In this document: positions 12,966-26,460 of the stretch, one piece after another | How positions within the stretch are numbered: position 1 is the stretch's first letter | How the letters are laid out: each line of letters opens with the position of its first letter | From: Octopus sinensis | Taxonomy: Eukaryota | Assembly (NCBI RefSeq): GCF_006345805.1 | Contig: NC_042998.1 | Span: 49,352,001 to 49,416,000 of the forward strand | Direction: 5' to 3' | DNA: 64,000 nt | Translations under genes and position numbers: made by a program | The notes under the pieces: model-generated | Told to the model about the DNA's origin: nothing | The model's database searches: none | What the model saw: only the letters and a program-made list of their open reading frames with translations

Positions 12966-14557
12966 GAAAAAAAATATATATTTGCTGAATAACTGTATTT
13001 ATATCAGCAATATTAGTTAAATGAAATATTTCATTATAAACGAAACTTACTGCTGCTAAGTAATGTACCAAGTCTTTGCAAGGGCTAATCTCAGTTAATC
13101 CTAAGCAAATGCCGTAACAGCTTCTCAACTATCACTATAGGAGAGACACCATAATTTTGAAGGCTATAATTTTTACGTCTTCCATGCCACAGAACAACGT
13201 TAATTTAAACTTCGGAGTTGTCTCCCCTGCCTACATCGTGCTCAATCATTCGCATTGATCTTTTTCCCCTTTATATTTTAAAATAGTCTGTTTTCATTGA
13301 TGGATTATATATTACACTAAGCACAGAAGAAAGCTTGAATGGAAATAATCTAAATGTGGATTAAGCTGAGGCAATGACTAAGTAATATATAACAAAATGG
13401 ATGCTAACATACTAAATGTAGTGAATCAAGAAAGTTTAATTAAGTAAAATACATTTTCAGTCCCAATGTTTGATACCTTGGGGAAGTGTCTTCTATTATA
13501 GCCCTGAGCCGACCAAGGCCTTGTGAGTGGATTTTGGTAGACAGAAATTAAAAGAAGCCCAGCATATATATCATCATCATCATCATCATCATTTAACTTC
13601 TGTTTTCTGTGCTAGCAGGGGTTGTATGGTTTGACAGAAGCTAACCAGCTGAAGGGCTGTTCAGACTCCATGTCTGTTTTGGCATGGTTTCTGTGGCTGG
13701 ATACCCCTCCTAATGCTAACCATTTCACAGAGTGTACTGGGTGCTTTTACGCAGCATCGGCACAGGTACTTTTTATGTGGCACCGACACCTACGAGCTCA
13801 CAAAATTAGGGATGCTCAGCTGGAGAGGGTTCCAGAAGAATGAGCCTGTTTTGCAAGGGAAACCATGCTTAGAAAGAGAAAGAGAGAGCGAAGAGAGAGG
13901 GGGAGGGGGGTTCAGTCGAACAAATCGACCCCAGTATTTATTTTTTAAGCCTGGTACTTATTCTGTCAGTCTCTTACCGAATTGCTCAATTAGAGGGATG
14001 TAAACAAAACAACACTGATTGTCAAGTGGTGGTGGTGGTGGTGGTGGACACAACACAAACACAGATACACACAGTTTACTGATATCATCTTTCATCACTT
14101 TTTCCCATGTCTTTCTTGGTTGTCTTCTCTCATTGATTCCTTCCAATTGGATTGCTTGGTCCTTTTTTTTTTTTATCCAACTGTCATCGTCCACACATAC
14201 AAACCCATTTGTCTGAGCTGATATCTTTTCCCTAGCACACCACATCTAATTTCTCTTATACCCCGTTTTCCATCTTTGCTCAGTAGTTCATGCACACTAA
14301 TATTTACATACCCAACACAATGTACCCGTGTCATTTCCTTCAAGCCTTTGCACATGTCCCTCACTCAGTACCCATGTTTCATCACAAACATCATACAATT
14401 TACCGTTCACTTGTAGAAAGAATTTCTTTGCTGCCAACAGAAATATTAGTATCTTAAACTTTCCCCACCTAATTCTTACTGTGATTGTTATGCCTTCAGA
14501 ACACCTCCTTTTCCAATTTATTTATTTTAAACTCTGAGATTATCTTTAAAAATTTTA

Positions 14558-14947
14558 CTAGCAGTATTGCCCGACGTTGCTCGGGTTTGTTTCGACCCTT
14601 TAGAATTGGAATTTTTGAAAAGTAAAAATTTTGTATTATATAGCTTGTTATTCTCTTTAAGTGAGCATTTTTCTGGTTGAAATACACCGAAAAATGGCGA
14701 CACAGCAGTAAAAAAATTGTAAAAAATAGGGATTTTCATAGAAAAAAAGCACCTTTTTGATGTAAATAATTTTTGGTCTTAACATGGTCTGATTTAAATT
14801 TTATCTTCCACGGAATGAAGAGCAAGCCTTCTTCTATCATACTCTCAATTTTGGTCAACTTGCGCCACAGGGTCTCGAAGGTGATAGTGTTAGTTGAAGG
14901 CTATGAAACCTGCCACACACAGACAACTTCAGCTTTATATATATAGA
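14558..14947 (-). mobile_element. Non-autonomous Helitron, internally deleted copy of the 294-1275 family
   Basis: Reverse complement reads TCTATAT...AAAGCTGAAGTTGTCTGTG...AACCCGAGCAACGTCGGGCAATACTGCTAG, sharing both termini with 294-1275. Confidence 0.75.
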
Positions 14948-17326
14948 TTTCATGTGTAAAGCAAGTTCTTATCAAGTTTCCTTTTATAATTTTTGTTTTT
15001 GTTCGGTTTATATGTACTGAATTTAGAAATATGTATAAATTACTGAAATATTATATTAGTTAGTAATATTACAAATTAATATTAATTAATAAATATTTTT
15101 AATTAGTAGAACTACTAATTAGTAATATTTTTAATGAGTACCATTATTTATTTTCAGCTTCAGGTATGATATACTGAATAAATTCTTTTCTACTCTAGGC
15201 ACAAGGCCCAAAATTTTTGGGTAAGTGGGGTAGTATATTAGATCAACCCCAGTACACAACTGGTGCTTAATTTATCGACTCCGAAAAGATGAAAGGCAAA
15301 GTCAACCTTGGTGGAATTTGAACTCAGAACATAAAGACAGTCATAATACCGCTAAGCATTTCGCTTGGCATGCTAACATTTGTGCCAGCTTGCCGCCTTC
15401 CATACTGAGTAAATTATGTCAAAGATTGGCTTGACTGCATCTGCTTAAGATTAGGTAAATTTAAAGGAACAACTAGAGTGTATAAAAGATATATTTAAGT
15501 TTAATCTATCCAAATGAAGTATAACATTTGCATAACAGTCATATTTAGAAGGAAACTTAAAATGATAATAAAATGTTTCTTTAAGTATTTAATTAAACAA
15601 ATGTTAGGGCTGTTAGATTAACCCTTTAGTGTTTAAATTATTCTGTTAAATGTAATACTTCTTCATTCAAATTCATCATCATCAACTTGAATTAATTATG
15701 CATTATCTTATAGCTTTGAGGTTTCAATAATGTCACTATTTATTTTTAGAGTGTCAATGTAGGGTAGGTGTGAAAGGTTAGATATCGCCAGTTTGAATAT
15801 AAAACATGTAGAATATTTGAGCCGGATATGGCCAGTTTAAACACTAAAGAGTTTAGTTATTACTGGTAAATATTTTGTTTATTCCATGGTACAATATCTC
15901 TTAATCAACTTGATATAGCATTCTACTACCACAGACTCTACTAAAACAGGAACTGACTATTTATAGAGAATAACAACTAATATTCATTGGCCATTTTTCT
16001 GAATAGACTCTGGACTTGGGAGAATTTTTTCTACTGTGGTAGCTGTGGCAGTAATTAGTTGATTCTGGTGATGGACTACTTGTAGTGCATTCTTCTTCTG
16101 AGTGTAAATTTGATGGTAAAAGTGATAGAGAAGGCATTGGATATAGCAGCTGAAGAGCTGCTTGTCATATCATGAGCTGGTGGGGGTGGAGAGAGTGTCA
16201 AATACCTTTCTGTTTTACTTTATGTAATCACTTTTATTTTTTATCCTGTTGGAATAAAAATGATTGTGTAATATGGCATAGGTGATTATATATGTCTGGT
16301 TTTTGTTCCTTTGATAAACTAGTGAGTTTAAGGTGCCAGGATCAAGGCATTTAAGGCATAAAGTTACTGATTTACTTAATGACTTGATGAGAGGCTGATT
16401 GATAAAAGTCTTCAATTTTATTGGAAGTTGGTTTTCCTTGAGAAGTAGACACAAACAAGCAGAGCTGATTTTAAGGTGAGGGCATTAACTCATTCTTAAG
16501 GGCTAGATTGTTTCTGTTGGGGGTACAGAACAATGTCTCGTGTATGGAAACTTATCCTTTAGCTATGTTCAACTTCTCTAGTACCGCTCTAACAAAGGAA
16601 TTGACGAATAGATACATGCTAAGCCCAAAATCTATAACAACAACAAAAAAAAATTCAACCCTTGAAGAGGCTGTAAAGAAAGTAAGCAACTGTAACTGGA
16701 ATAACCATGTAGAAACCGGTGAAGGTGCATGGCTCAGTGGTTAGAGTGTCGAGCTCACAACCATGAGGTTGTGAGTTCAATTCCTGGGCTGGGCTGCATG
16801 TTGTATGCTTGAGCAAGATACTATTTTGTGTTACTCCAGTTCACTCAACTGTAGAAATGAATTGCAACATCACCGGTGCTAAACTGTATTGGTCTTTGCC
16901 TTTGCCTTGGACAACATTGGTGGCATGGAGAGGGGAGGCTGGTATGCATGGGTGACTGCTGGTCTTCCATAAGCAACCTTACCCAGACTTGTGTCTTGGA
17001 GGGGAACTTTCTAGGTGCAATCCTATGGTCATTACTATATTGAAAGGTGTCTTTACACTAACCATGCACTATATATAACTTTGCAATAAACAACATGAGA
17101 CTTAGTAAAAATCTCAGAAGGATGATGAATTGCCCTAAAGTATTTGTATTTTAGTAAATAACTAAAGTCTGTTGGCTGCTATAAAGGTTTACTGTAAGCT
17201 ACAGATTCGTGAAGCTCTATTTTAAACTACAGTAGCAGACAAGAACATGTTTCAGTTAGACCACGTTCACATTACTTTCTAATAATTTAATGTTCATTGA
17301 AATGTATTTTCAAAATTAATTATTAA

Positions 17327-17533
17327 CCCTTTAGCATTCAAATCGCTCTGTCAAATATAATGCTTATTCATTCACATTGTTTTGAATTATTCATGCTTTG
17401 AGATTTCAATGGTGTGATTGTGTTATTTTACAATGACATTGTAGGATAGGTTTGAGAAGCTGGATATGACCAGTTTGACCATAAAACAAATAGACTATTT
17501 GGGCCACATATGGCTGGTTTAAAGGCAAAAGGG
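17327..17533 (+). mobile_element. piggyBac-like MITE
   Basis: TTAA|CCCTTTAGC...GCAAAAGGG|TTAA. Decayed copies at ~15622-15851 and ~18230-18430. Confidence 0.7.
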
Positions 17534-17627
17534 TTAATCACATCTCTTTTTTTTTTTTTTTGAAATATTTTACTTATTTGTTTTTTTATATTCTATTTAT
17601 TTGCTTTTTTTTCTTCATATTTTGCAG

Positions 17628-17681
17628 GTTTTTTATGAAAGATGTCGAATTGCTTACAAACCACCAAAGCATCTCACATGA
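17628..17681 (+). CDS. CCDC58: CCDC58/MIX23 last coding exon (VFYERCRIAYKPPKHLT*)
   Basis: Long T-rich tract + TGCAG acceptor. Matches human VFNERCRIHFKPPKNE. The TGA stop is followed immediately by TAG. Confidence 0.93.
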   Translation, partial: VFYERCRIAYKPPKHLT

Positions 17682-17856
17682 TAGTTCCTGTTGTTCTTTA
17701 TATTATACTTAGAATTAGATTCTGTGTATGATTACATTGGTGTGCATTTTGAGAACTTTTTTTCATGGAAGTGTATCCACCTAGTAAAATTCAATATGCT
17801 TTCTTTCAATTTTTTTATTTTTGGATTTTGTTCTTATCGTTATTAGATTTTTTAAA

Positions 17857-17907
17857 AATAAAAGTAGTTATAAAAATATTTTTTCAACAGAAAGGAAAAA
17901 CAATAAA
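17857..17907 (+). promoter_or_regulatory. Candidate polyadenylation signals of CCDC58
   Basis: AATAAA at 17857 and 17902, ~180-220 nt after the stop, followed by T-rich sequence. The AT-rich context makes chance hits possible. Confidence 0.45.
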
Positions 17908-20095
17908 AATTTAATTTTTTTACAGACATATCTTTGATTTTCATACATATTCTTCATGTGGGTCATCTTGATTCAAACATTATACAAGTATAATTTACCA
18001 TCATACTAATGTTACACTGGCTTTAATATTGTTCTTCTGTTAACATAATGTCTTTGTTGAAAATGTTTACCTTGTTCTTCACTATGTATATTTGAAACCG
18101 TTTTCTGGGAAAAAACCCAAGAGAATGTGAAAGGTGATATTTTATTCTTATTTTACATCTGAGCTACTAAAAGGTGTTTATCCTACTGCTGTTTGTTACC
18201 GATTGCTTTTACATTTACAATATTGATATAAGCCTTTAGCATTCAGAGTATTCTGTCAAATGCTTGTATAACCACATTATTATAAATCACTCATGTATTA
18301 TCTTGTAGCTTTCCGATTTCATTGATGTAACTGTTTATGTTTAGAAAGACAATGCTAGGTAGGTGTGAGAGGCTGGATCTGGCCAGTTTGAACACAAAAC
18401 GGAAGAATATTTGGGCCAGATATGGCTGGTTAATGTTTACCAAGTTTATAATGGAACTGAGAATAATGTTCTTAAATGTCATCATTCATCAGTTCTCTAA
18501 TTTGTGGTCCAAAAACAATGTCTGTTTTTAATTTTGCTTAAATTACAGCTGGAAATTAATGACAAAGATATTTGAAAGTTCATCCTAAGAACTTTTACAA
18601 AATACCTCCATTTGTAATTTTACGCTTAATTATGTTTGTATAAATTTTCTTGGATTTACTTGAACTGAAATAACACTTAAATTACCTCGATTCTTGGTGG
18701 CCAGTATTTTATATACAAAGTAATATGTTCTAGCACTGCTATGCTACATTCATTAAAAACATGGAATTTTGTACAACTAATTTGCACTCCAAATATGTTT
18801 CAGTTTGAATGAAAATAAAACCAACTAACTGTGTTCATCTAATTCTCAGCTGGAGTTCTGTACTATTATTTGTTAAAGTCAACTGTACAAGCTTGACCTA
18901 TAGATGTAAAAGTTATGTAAGGTCCATTCTATAAAACTTTGCTTTTATTGATTCTCAAAAGAATCTATAAAACAGTCTCTTTAATAATCTGTAAAGGATT
19001 CCAATTTGCTCAATTTGGCCTTCAGTTTATTTACAGTAAATAAATTCTCTTTGTTATCTCTCTTATTACCATATTTCTACTGAAATACACTGCCATTGCT
19101 TCAATTAATTCTTAAGATAATGAAGAATTTAATAACACTGCCATTGCTTCAATTAATTCTTGGAATAATGAAGAATTTAGCAAAATAACTTTGTTTTTAA
19201 TAAGCTGATGTCTAGAATGTAAATTAAAAAATTTTGATGGAAGGCTTTAATTTAGATCACTTTAAAGCGAGAAGTTTCTGCCATAGAACTAAGGGACAGT
19301 CATAGGTTGGTTTCAAAAAGGTTAAAGAATTCTATAAAATCTTTCTCTATATTAACATGTAAATTCTTTTAGGTATTTTGCCTTTTAAACTTTATCCTCT
19401 AAATAATAATAATACTTTTATTAGAAATGTTTAAAAACCTAAAATAAGCTATTATGCAAATGACATTCATATAGTAAATAATGGATCTATTATGATAATT
19501 TAAAGCCTAAAAATATACAAAATTTGAATTATGAATACAATCTATGAAATCAGTATGCCAAAGAGACATTTTATTCAATATTGAATCAATTTTTTTTTTA
19601 TATAATTAAAAATCATTCATTAACATAAATTTGATTTTCAGAATAATCTTTTTTATTCTTCACACTTATCTTTTTTCTTATTAATACAATTAAACTTTTA
19701 TGTTCAACTACCTCTCCATAATGTTATTTTTATTCTTGAAATTAATGTATTCTACATGCTTCAATATTAATTTGGAATTTACTCAGTGTTACCAAAGATT
19801 TATATTACTAGTTTCGGTCGTTGGATTGCTACCATAATGGAGTATGAACTTCAAAGGTTTTAGAACTCTCTAGTGCTCATTTCAGCCAGGAATATCAAAT
19901 TGCTATGTTAGAGGACATGCTAGAGGAAACAACATTAATGACTTAAGTTTGTAGATTGGTACAAACTTGAAACCATGTGTATAAATGTAAACAAACTAAC
20001 ATTTGTTTTTTTTATAAGCGCCAAAATGTGTATATAAATAAGATGATTTATTTTCAAATGCTGAGACGCCATAAGAAAAATCTGTTAGCAACTAG

Positions 20096-20160
20096 CTATA
20101 GGACTTGAACCCATATCCCTTTATATGACTCAGGCAAAGTGCTTTACCATTAAGCTAAAC
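20096..20160 (-). other. tRNA-like sequence (SINE head or tRNA pseudogene)
   Basis: Minus strand TAGCTTAATGGTAAAGC...GGGTTCAAGTCC gives A and B boxes; no convincing acceptor stem. Confidence 0.45.
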
Positions 20161-20303
20161 TGTGCAACCACATGTATAAATATAAGCAAGGTAGCGTTTG
20201 TTCCTTTATAAGTGATGAAATGTGTATATAAATACAAATAAGATAATTTATTTTTGAATGCTGGGATGCCGTAAGAATGGCAGGAATATTGAGTAAATTA
20301 CCT

Positions 20304-20711
20304 GGATCTTTTCGGTTTGAACGGCAGTTTTTTCTAGCGGTGTCATATGAAATTGTCACCCATAATTATGACCCTAGTATCGATCTATTGCATTTCAATC
20401 TGTGTTAGAGTTAGGGGTGGGGGGAAGGGTATCTTTTTTTCTTCACAAATGTAAATAAACCCAATCTGTTTCTTAAACGAGGGACATATTCATACGGCAC
20501 AGAATATTTTCACCTCAATAGACGTCATTGATTGGTTGAAATTGCAGAAATTGAAGAAAAAAAACAAATATCTTACAAACTATAGAATTTTGTCTATAAA
20601 GCCAAGAGAAAAAGATGTTTTATAAACACATTCTACCAGTATACGAAGTTTAAAAGTGTTTAGTTATGTGGAAATTATTTTTAAAAACTGCCGGTCAAAC
20701 CGAAAAGATCC
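20304..20711. mobile_element. MITE with GGATCTTTTCGGTTTGA TIRs and 8-bp TSD (Merlin- or hAT-like)
   Basis: ~28-bp TIRs, near-perfect TSD AATTACCT/AATTACCC. Inverted second copy at 31743-32163. Confidence 0.8.
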
Positions 20712-20789
20712 AATTACCCAATTTACCTAATATTCCTGCTATTCTTAGAGCATCTCAGCATTTGAAAATAAATTATCATCTTTGTATTT

Positions 20790-21478
20790 ACAAACTTGAG
20801 TTCAGAAAGCTTCTACCTTTGTTGGTAATAATATATCTCTCCCTCAGAGTAAAAGGCAGATTGCATGTTTCCTGTGTGCGAAAAGCCATGCTACATGGCA
20901 GTGAAACATAGACTGTGATTGCAGAGGATATGCGAAGGCTTGAAAGAAGTGTAGCTAGCATGCTCTGTTGGATGTGCAATGTCAGTGTGCACATATGATA
21001 GAGTGTGAATGTCTTAAGAGAAAAATTGGATATGAGAGGCATCAAATGTGTGAAAGAGCGCAGACTGCTGGTCATCTGATGTGTATGGATAAGTACAACA
21101 GCATAAAGAAGTACTGATCTCTAATTGTGGAGGGAGCCAGTGGAAGAGCTTGACCCAAGAAGACCTGGGACGAGGTGGTGAGATATGATCTTCAGTGGTT
21201 GAGTCTTACAGAGATGATAAGTAACTGAGACTTCTGGCAATTTGCTGTGCTTGAAAAAACACGTTGAGCTAAATGAAATTGAGGTCGTGGCTAGTGCAGG
21301 TGACAGGTAAAAGACCAATATATTTTGTAGAGTAGTTGGTGTTAGGAAGGGCATCTAGTGGTAGAAACCAAGCCAAAACAGACTTGAGCCTGGCACAGCT
21401 CTCTGGCTTACCAGCTCTGATCCAACTATCTAACCTATACCAGCATGGAAAATGGATGTTAAATGATGATGATGATGA
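20790..21478 (+). mobile_element. RTE-clade LINE 3' end (ORF remnant + 3' UTR + (GAT)n tail)
   Basis: RT C-terminal peptide followed by the recurrent tail repeat ending in GATGATGATGATG. Confidence 0.7.
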
Positions 21479-22726
21479 AATTTGCACATGTAATATGTCT
21501 TTGAGTGGCTAGACAATAATATTTGGAAGAAATGAACAGAATACATCTCCATGCATAATAGTGATGTATAACTCACTGAAAGTGCTCAACAAATCATAAA
21601 TTATTTGGTGCTATGATCAAAGTTCAAATTGGTTCTTTCTGTTATATTTCTTCAATCTCTGATAAAATATATAAAAGATATATGTGAACTACTAGCTTAG
21701 TATTTCACAGCTCGCTTCCACAACAAACATTTATTTTTGCGACCATTCACTTCATCAGGCAGTGTCAGAATATACAAACACACACACACACAGAAACACA
21801 CATATATACTTATATGTCTGTCTGTTTAGTAGAAGACACTTGCCCAAGGTGCCATACAGTGGGACTGAACCCAGAACCATGTGGTTGGGATGCAAACTTA
21901 TTAACCACACAGCTATGCTTGTGCCCATAACCTTTCATTTTGAGAGAAGGCAAATAATTAAATGAGTTTTAAATAGAAAGAAAAAGATTAAAGGTTTTTT
22001 TTACTACTCTCCTCTGAATATTTACAGGTAATCTTGCATTAAAGAATTTGATTTCAGTTGATAATTTGCTTAGCGAGTTAGAAAATCTCTCTAAGAGATG
22101 AAAGCAGTAACTATATTGAGAAGTAATGTTTATCATCACTCACATGGCTGTCCCGTAAAAACCGATGTTGCTACCATTTTAACCCCAGGAAGATGCCTCT
22201 TCTAGGTGATTATTCGATGCAATCTGCATCCAATAGGTATTACAAGCAGGGGAGCAAACCCCTACCATCTTCCAGCGACGGGACTACCAGATCGTATAGT
22301 TTCGTAGACAGGTGAGCAAACAGTATCATCGTCGTCATAATTGTTTTAACATCTACTTTCTCATGCTTGCATTGGTCAGATGTGGTTATAATGGGACAGT
22401 TTTTCTACGGCCGGGTGCTCTTCCTAACGCCACCATTCCTGCCTGTTTCAAAGCAGAGTAATAATCTCCTAGTCTGTTGGACAACAAACGGCCCAGACCT
22501 GTTAACGTAGAGAACAGAAACGTTACTGTATGAATGGACCTTTTGTTCATTCACCAAGATCTTTCAACTTGTCAAGAAGTTTGGACATGTAGTGGATTGT
22601 AAAGAAGCAATACTGTCAGAGAGGCCATTATTTACACCCCCAGCGAATACTGTTGAAGACTAGATAAATATGTATTCACACGTACGCACGCACAAACGCG
22701 CACAAAAACACACACACACAAACATG

Positions 22727-23650
22727 AAGGCGGTGAGCTGGCAGAAACGTTAACACGTCGGGCGAATGCTTAGCGGTATTTCGTCTGCTGCTACGTTCTG
22801 AGTTCGAATTCCGCCGAGGTCGACTTTGCCTTTCATCCTTTCGGGGTCGATTAAATAAGTACCAGTTACGCACTGGGGTCGATATAATCGACTTAATCCG
22901 TTTGTCTGTCCTTGTTTGTCCCCTCTGTGTTTAGCCCCTTGTGGGTAGTAAAGAAATAGGTATTTCTTCTGTCTCTTTAAAGACAGCGAGCTGGCAGAAT
23001 CGTTAGCACGTCAGGTGAAATTCTTAGCGGTATTTCGTCTGCTGCTACGTTCTGAGTTCGAATTCCACCAAGGTCGACTTTGCCTTTCATCCTTTCGGGG
23101 TCGATTAAATAAGTACCAGTTACGCACTGGGGTCGATGTAATCGACTTAATCCGTTTGTCTGTCCATGTTTGTCCCCTCTGTGGTTAGCCCCTTGTGGGT
23201 AGTAAAGAAATAGGCATTTCGTCTGCCGCTACGTTCTGAGTTCAAATTCCGCCGAGGTCGACTTTGCCTTTCATCCTTTCGGGGTCGATTAAATAAGTAC
23301 CAGTTACGCACTGGGGTCGATGTTATCGACTTAATCCCTTTGTCTGTCCTTGTTTGTCTCCTCTATGTTTAGCCCTTTGTGGGCAATAAAGAAATAGGTA
23401 TTTCTTCTGTCTCTTTAAAGGCAGCGAGCTGGCAGAATCGTTTGCACGTCAGGTGAAATGCTTAGCGGTATTTCGTCTGCCTTTACGTTCTGAGTTCAAA
23501 TTCCGCCGAGGTCGACTTTGCCTTTCATCCTTTCGGGATCGATAAATTAAGTACCAATTACGCACTGGGGTCGATGTAATCGACTTAATTCCTTTGTCTG
23601 TCCATGTTCGTCCCCTCTATGTTTAGCCCCCTGTGGGCAATAAGAAATAA
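22727..23650 (+). repeat. Tandem array of four young tRNA-derived SINE copies
   Basis: Units start at ~22727, 22980, 23215 (5'-truncated) and 23418, each with GTTCTGAGTTC(G/A)AATTCC and GCCTTTCATCCTTTCGGG. Confidence 0.9.
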
Positions 23651-24829
23651 CAAACATGATAGGCCTCTCAGTTTCCACTTACCAAACCCACCTCAGGGCT
23701 GTAGAAAACACTCGACGAAAGTGCTGACTAGTGGAATTCAGAAGAAAACCATGTGCCTGGGAAGCAAACTTTTTAACTACGCAGCCATGTCTATGCCTAT
23801 ACACAGTCATGACTACGCATTTAATTTTAGTTCATCTCTGATTGAGAAGACACATGATCGAAAGTGTAGCATTTGATCATTTCTTCATCTCTCATTCGTG
23901 TTTAGGCATAGTCCATAGTGTACAATACAACCTTTTTATTTTGCATGAAAGACTGCGATTTGACTATTATCTCTTGCATGTTGAGCAAGTATGGGCAACC
24001 TTTGTCGAGATGCGGGCATCAAATGATGTCTAATCATTAGGCGGGCCACACTACTAAATAAAACAACAAACAAAATTGAAGTTAATTAGGTGCTGTTTTG
24101 GAGTGTGATCTACAAGGGAGATTACTTTAGGTTACTTTTTAAATTATTTTGTACATACTTAGCATTGTAAAAGTATTTTTTCAAGATTCTTACTATTTTA
24201 ATTATAAGAAAATCCTATAATAATTAAAATAAGTGTGTAGATTACCCACCAAAGTAAATTTGCTCAGATAGATCACACTGAAAGTAGCACTAACACAAAG
24301 TAAACTAAAAAGTAACTTAAAGTAATTTCCCTTTAAACTGTAGATCCCACGCCAAAGTGGCACCTTTCTTTTTCTTAAGAAATGATGTGAATTTAGTGCT
24401 GGTTTGTAAAAATGCAACTGCCTTCTGGTTTCTTGTTAAAATGCAAACTGCTTTCGTCTCGTCGATGATCACATTGTAAAAATCTTTAGCCAACGTCTTA
24501 TGGGATTTTAGAAATTGAAAAGTAAACTAAAACGTTACCTAAATTAATCTCCCTTGTAGATCACACACCAGAGCAGTACCATTAATTGTTCATTAGGACT
24601 GCAGTTTGCCCATGACTGATATAAAGAGATGAAAATTTGTGTTAGAGGGATGTTTCGTTGAGCAGGAAATTGAACAGCGTTATACTTGTTTAGTCCCAAA
24701 ATCAGTTAGATTGAGCAAGCCTATCATTAACTGCATTCCGGCCATGACCATCTCATCTAGTTTTTGTACATGACATATCTCGGACTAGATTATCCAATGT
24801 ATGCTTCCTCTTTAGAGACAGCATCTTTT

Positions 24830-25460
24830 ATCTTTTACTTGTTTCATTCATTGGACTGTGGCCAAGCTGTGGTACCGCTTTGAAGGATTTAGTCTAGCAA
24901 ATCAACTCCAGTATACATTTCTGAAAGCTTCATACTTATTGTATTGGGATTTTTTCTGCCAAACAACTAAGTTACTGGGATGTAAATGAACTCTCACCAC
25001 TTGTCAAGCGGTGATGGTGAGGGACACACACACAAAAAAAATGCACACACACACACATTGGCGCTGGTGTGGCTGTGTAGTAAGAAGCTTGCTTCTCATC
25101 CACATGGTTCTGTGTTCAGTCCCATTGCGTGGTGCCTTGGGCAAGTGTTTTCTACTATAGCCTCGGGGCGACCAAAGCTTTGTGAGTGGATTTGGTTGAC
25201 GGAAACTGAAAGAAGCCCATCGTATATATGTTTACATATACATCTATGTGTTTGTGTCTGTGTTTGTCCTCCACCACCATCGCCTGACAACCAATGTTGG
25301 TGTGTTTACGTCCTCGTAACTTAGTGGTTTGGTAAAGGAGCCGATAGAATAAGTACAAGGTCTACAAAGAATAAGTCGTGGGGTCAGTTTCTTCGACTAG
25401 AACTCTTTAAGGCAGTGCTCCTGCATGGCTGCAGTCAAATAATGGAAACAAATAAAAGAA
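24830..25460. mobile_element. OR-type SINE pieces (24830-25030 -, 25060-25460 +)
   Basis: Identity to the 1614-2010 family. Confidence 0.7.
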
Positions 25461-25471
25461 TATATATATAT

Positions 25472-25506
<35 letters not shown>

Positions 25507-25507
25507 T

Positions 25508-26427
25508 CTAGGCTTACTACTCAGCGCTGCCTGGTTAGGTATTCATGGAATTGTTTGCCAGTTTGTGGAATGGGAATTCATGGTACTTATGCATATATAT
25601 CTAACTTATCAGCAGAAAGAATGAGTCCATTTCTTTCCATTGCTCCCTCTGTCCTTTCTTTCATCACCCTGTTGTTTAAGAGTCGTGCGGGCCTCAAGTC
25701 TGCTATTTGCTCTTTGTCTCACATCCTGGAGACCTGCATTCCTATCTTCCTCAGTCTCTCCTTGCCTTCTTCTTTGTTGCGTGACTCTGTTATCATGCAG
25801 TCGTTCTACCGTCATCTCAGCTGTTTCCTCTTGTCTCCGTGCCCTCGCTTCTTCCCAACGCCTTTTGGCATCATCTGTTGACCACGATGATCCCCATCTC
25901 TTTCCACGTGGCATAATTGATCAATGCTTATTTTTGTATGAAATGTATTAAGAAAATTAAATCACAACAACAAGGAAATTTCAAATGTCAAATGAATGAA
26001 GAAGAATAAAATCTGAAAAGATGAAACTATAAGTAATCTCCGTAAAAAAAGATATTTCTCTACGTCAGTGTGAGTGTACGTCAAAAAGTCGACGTTTTTG
26101 TCTTTTCTTAGAGAGTTACAAAATGTAAACATTCGTACCAGAAGTTGACTCATTTGATGTCAGAATAGGATTTACAGAAAAATAAGGGCTTAAATCTAAC
26201 GAAAATGCAATAAAATCTAATCATAAGTAAGTGAAATTACGCTAAATACAACTAAATTGAAAATTTTTCTTCCTGGCCAAATCGGTAATTCTGAAAACTT
26301 TTGTGTACGATTTTACATGAGTGGAAGCTTTTTAAAACAATTTTTATCCTGAAAATTACGTTACTTTTGTTTTAAAGTGAAAGAGAGGAGAAAGTGAAAG
26401 ATGTATGAACATGTATATGAGATGGAC

Positions 26428-26460
<33 letters not shown>

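Noticed and set aside
16215-16744. Short ORFs as additional host exons
   Set aside because: No recognisable protein or splice context; they look like decayed LINE sequence plus a SINE head.
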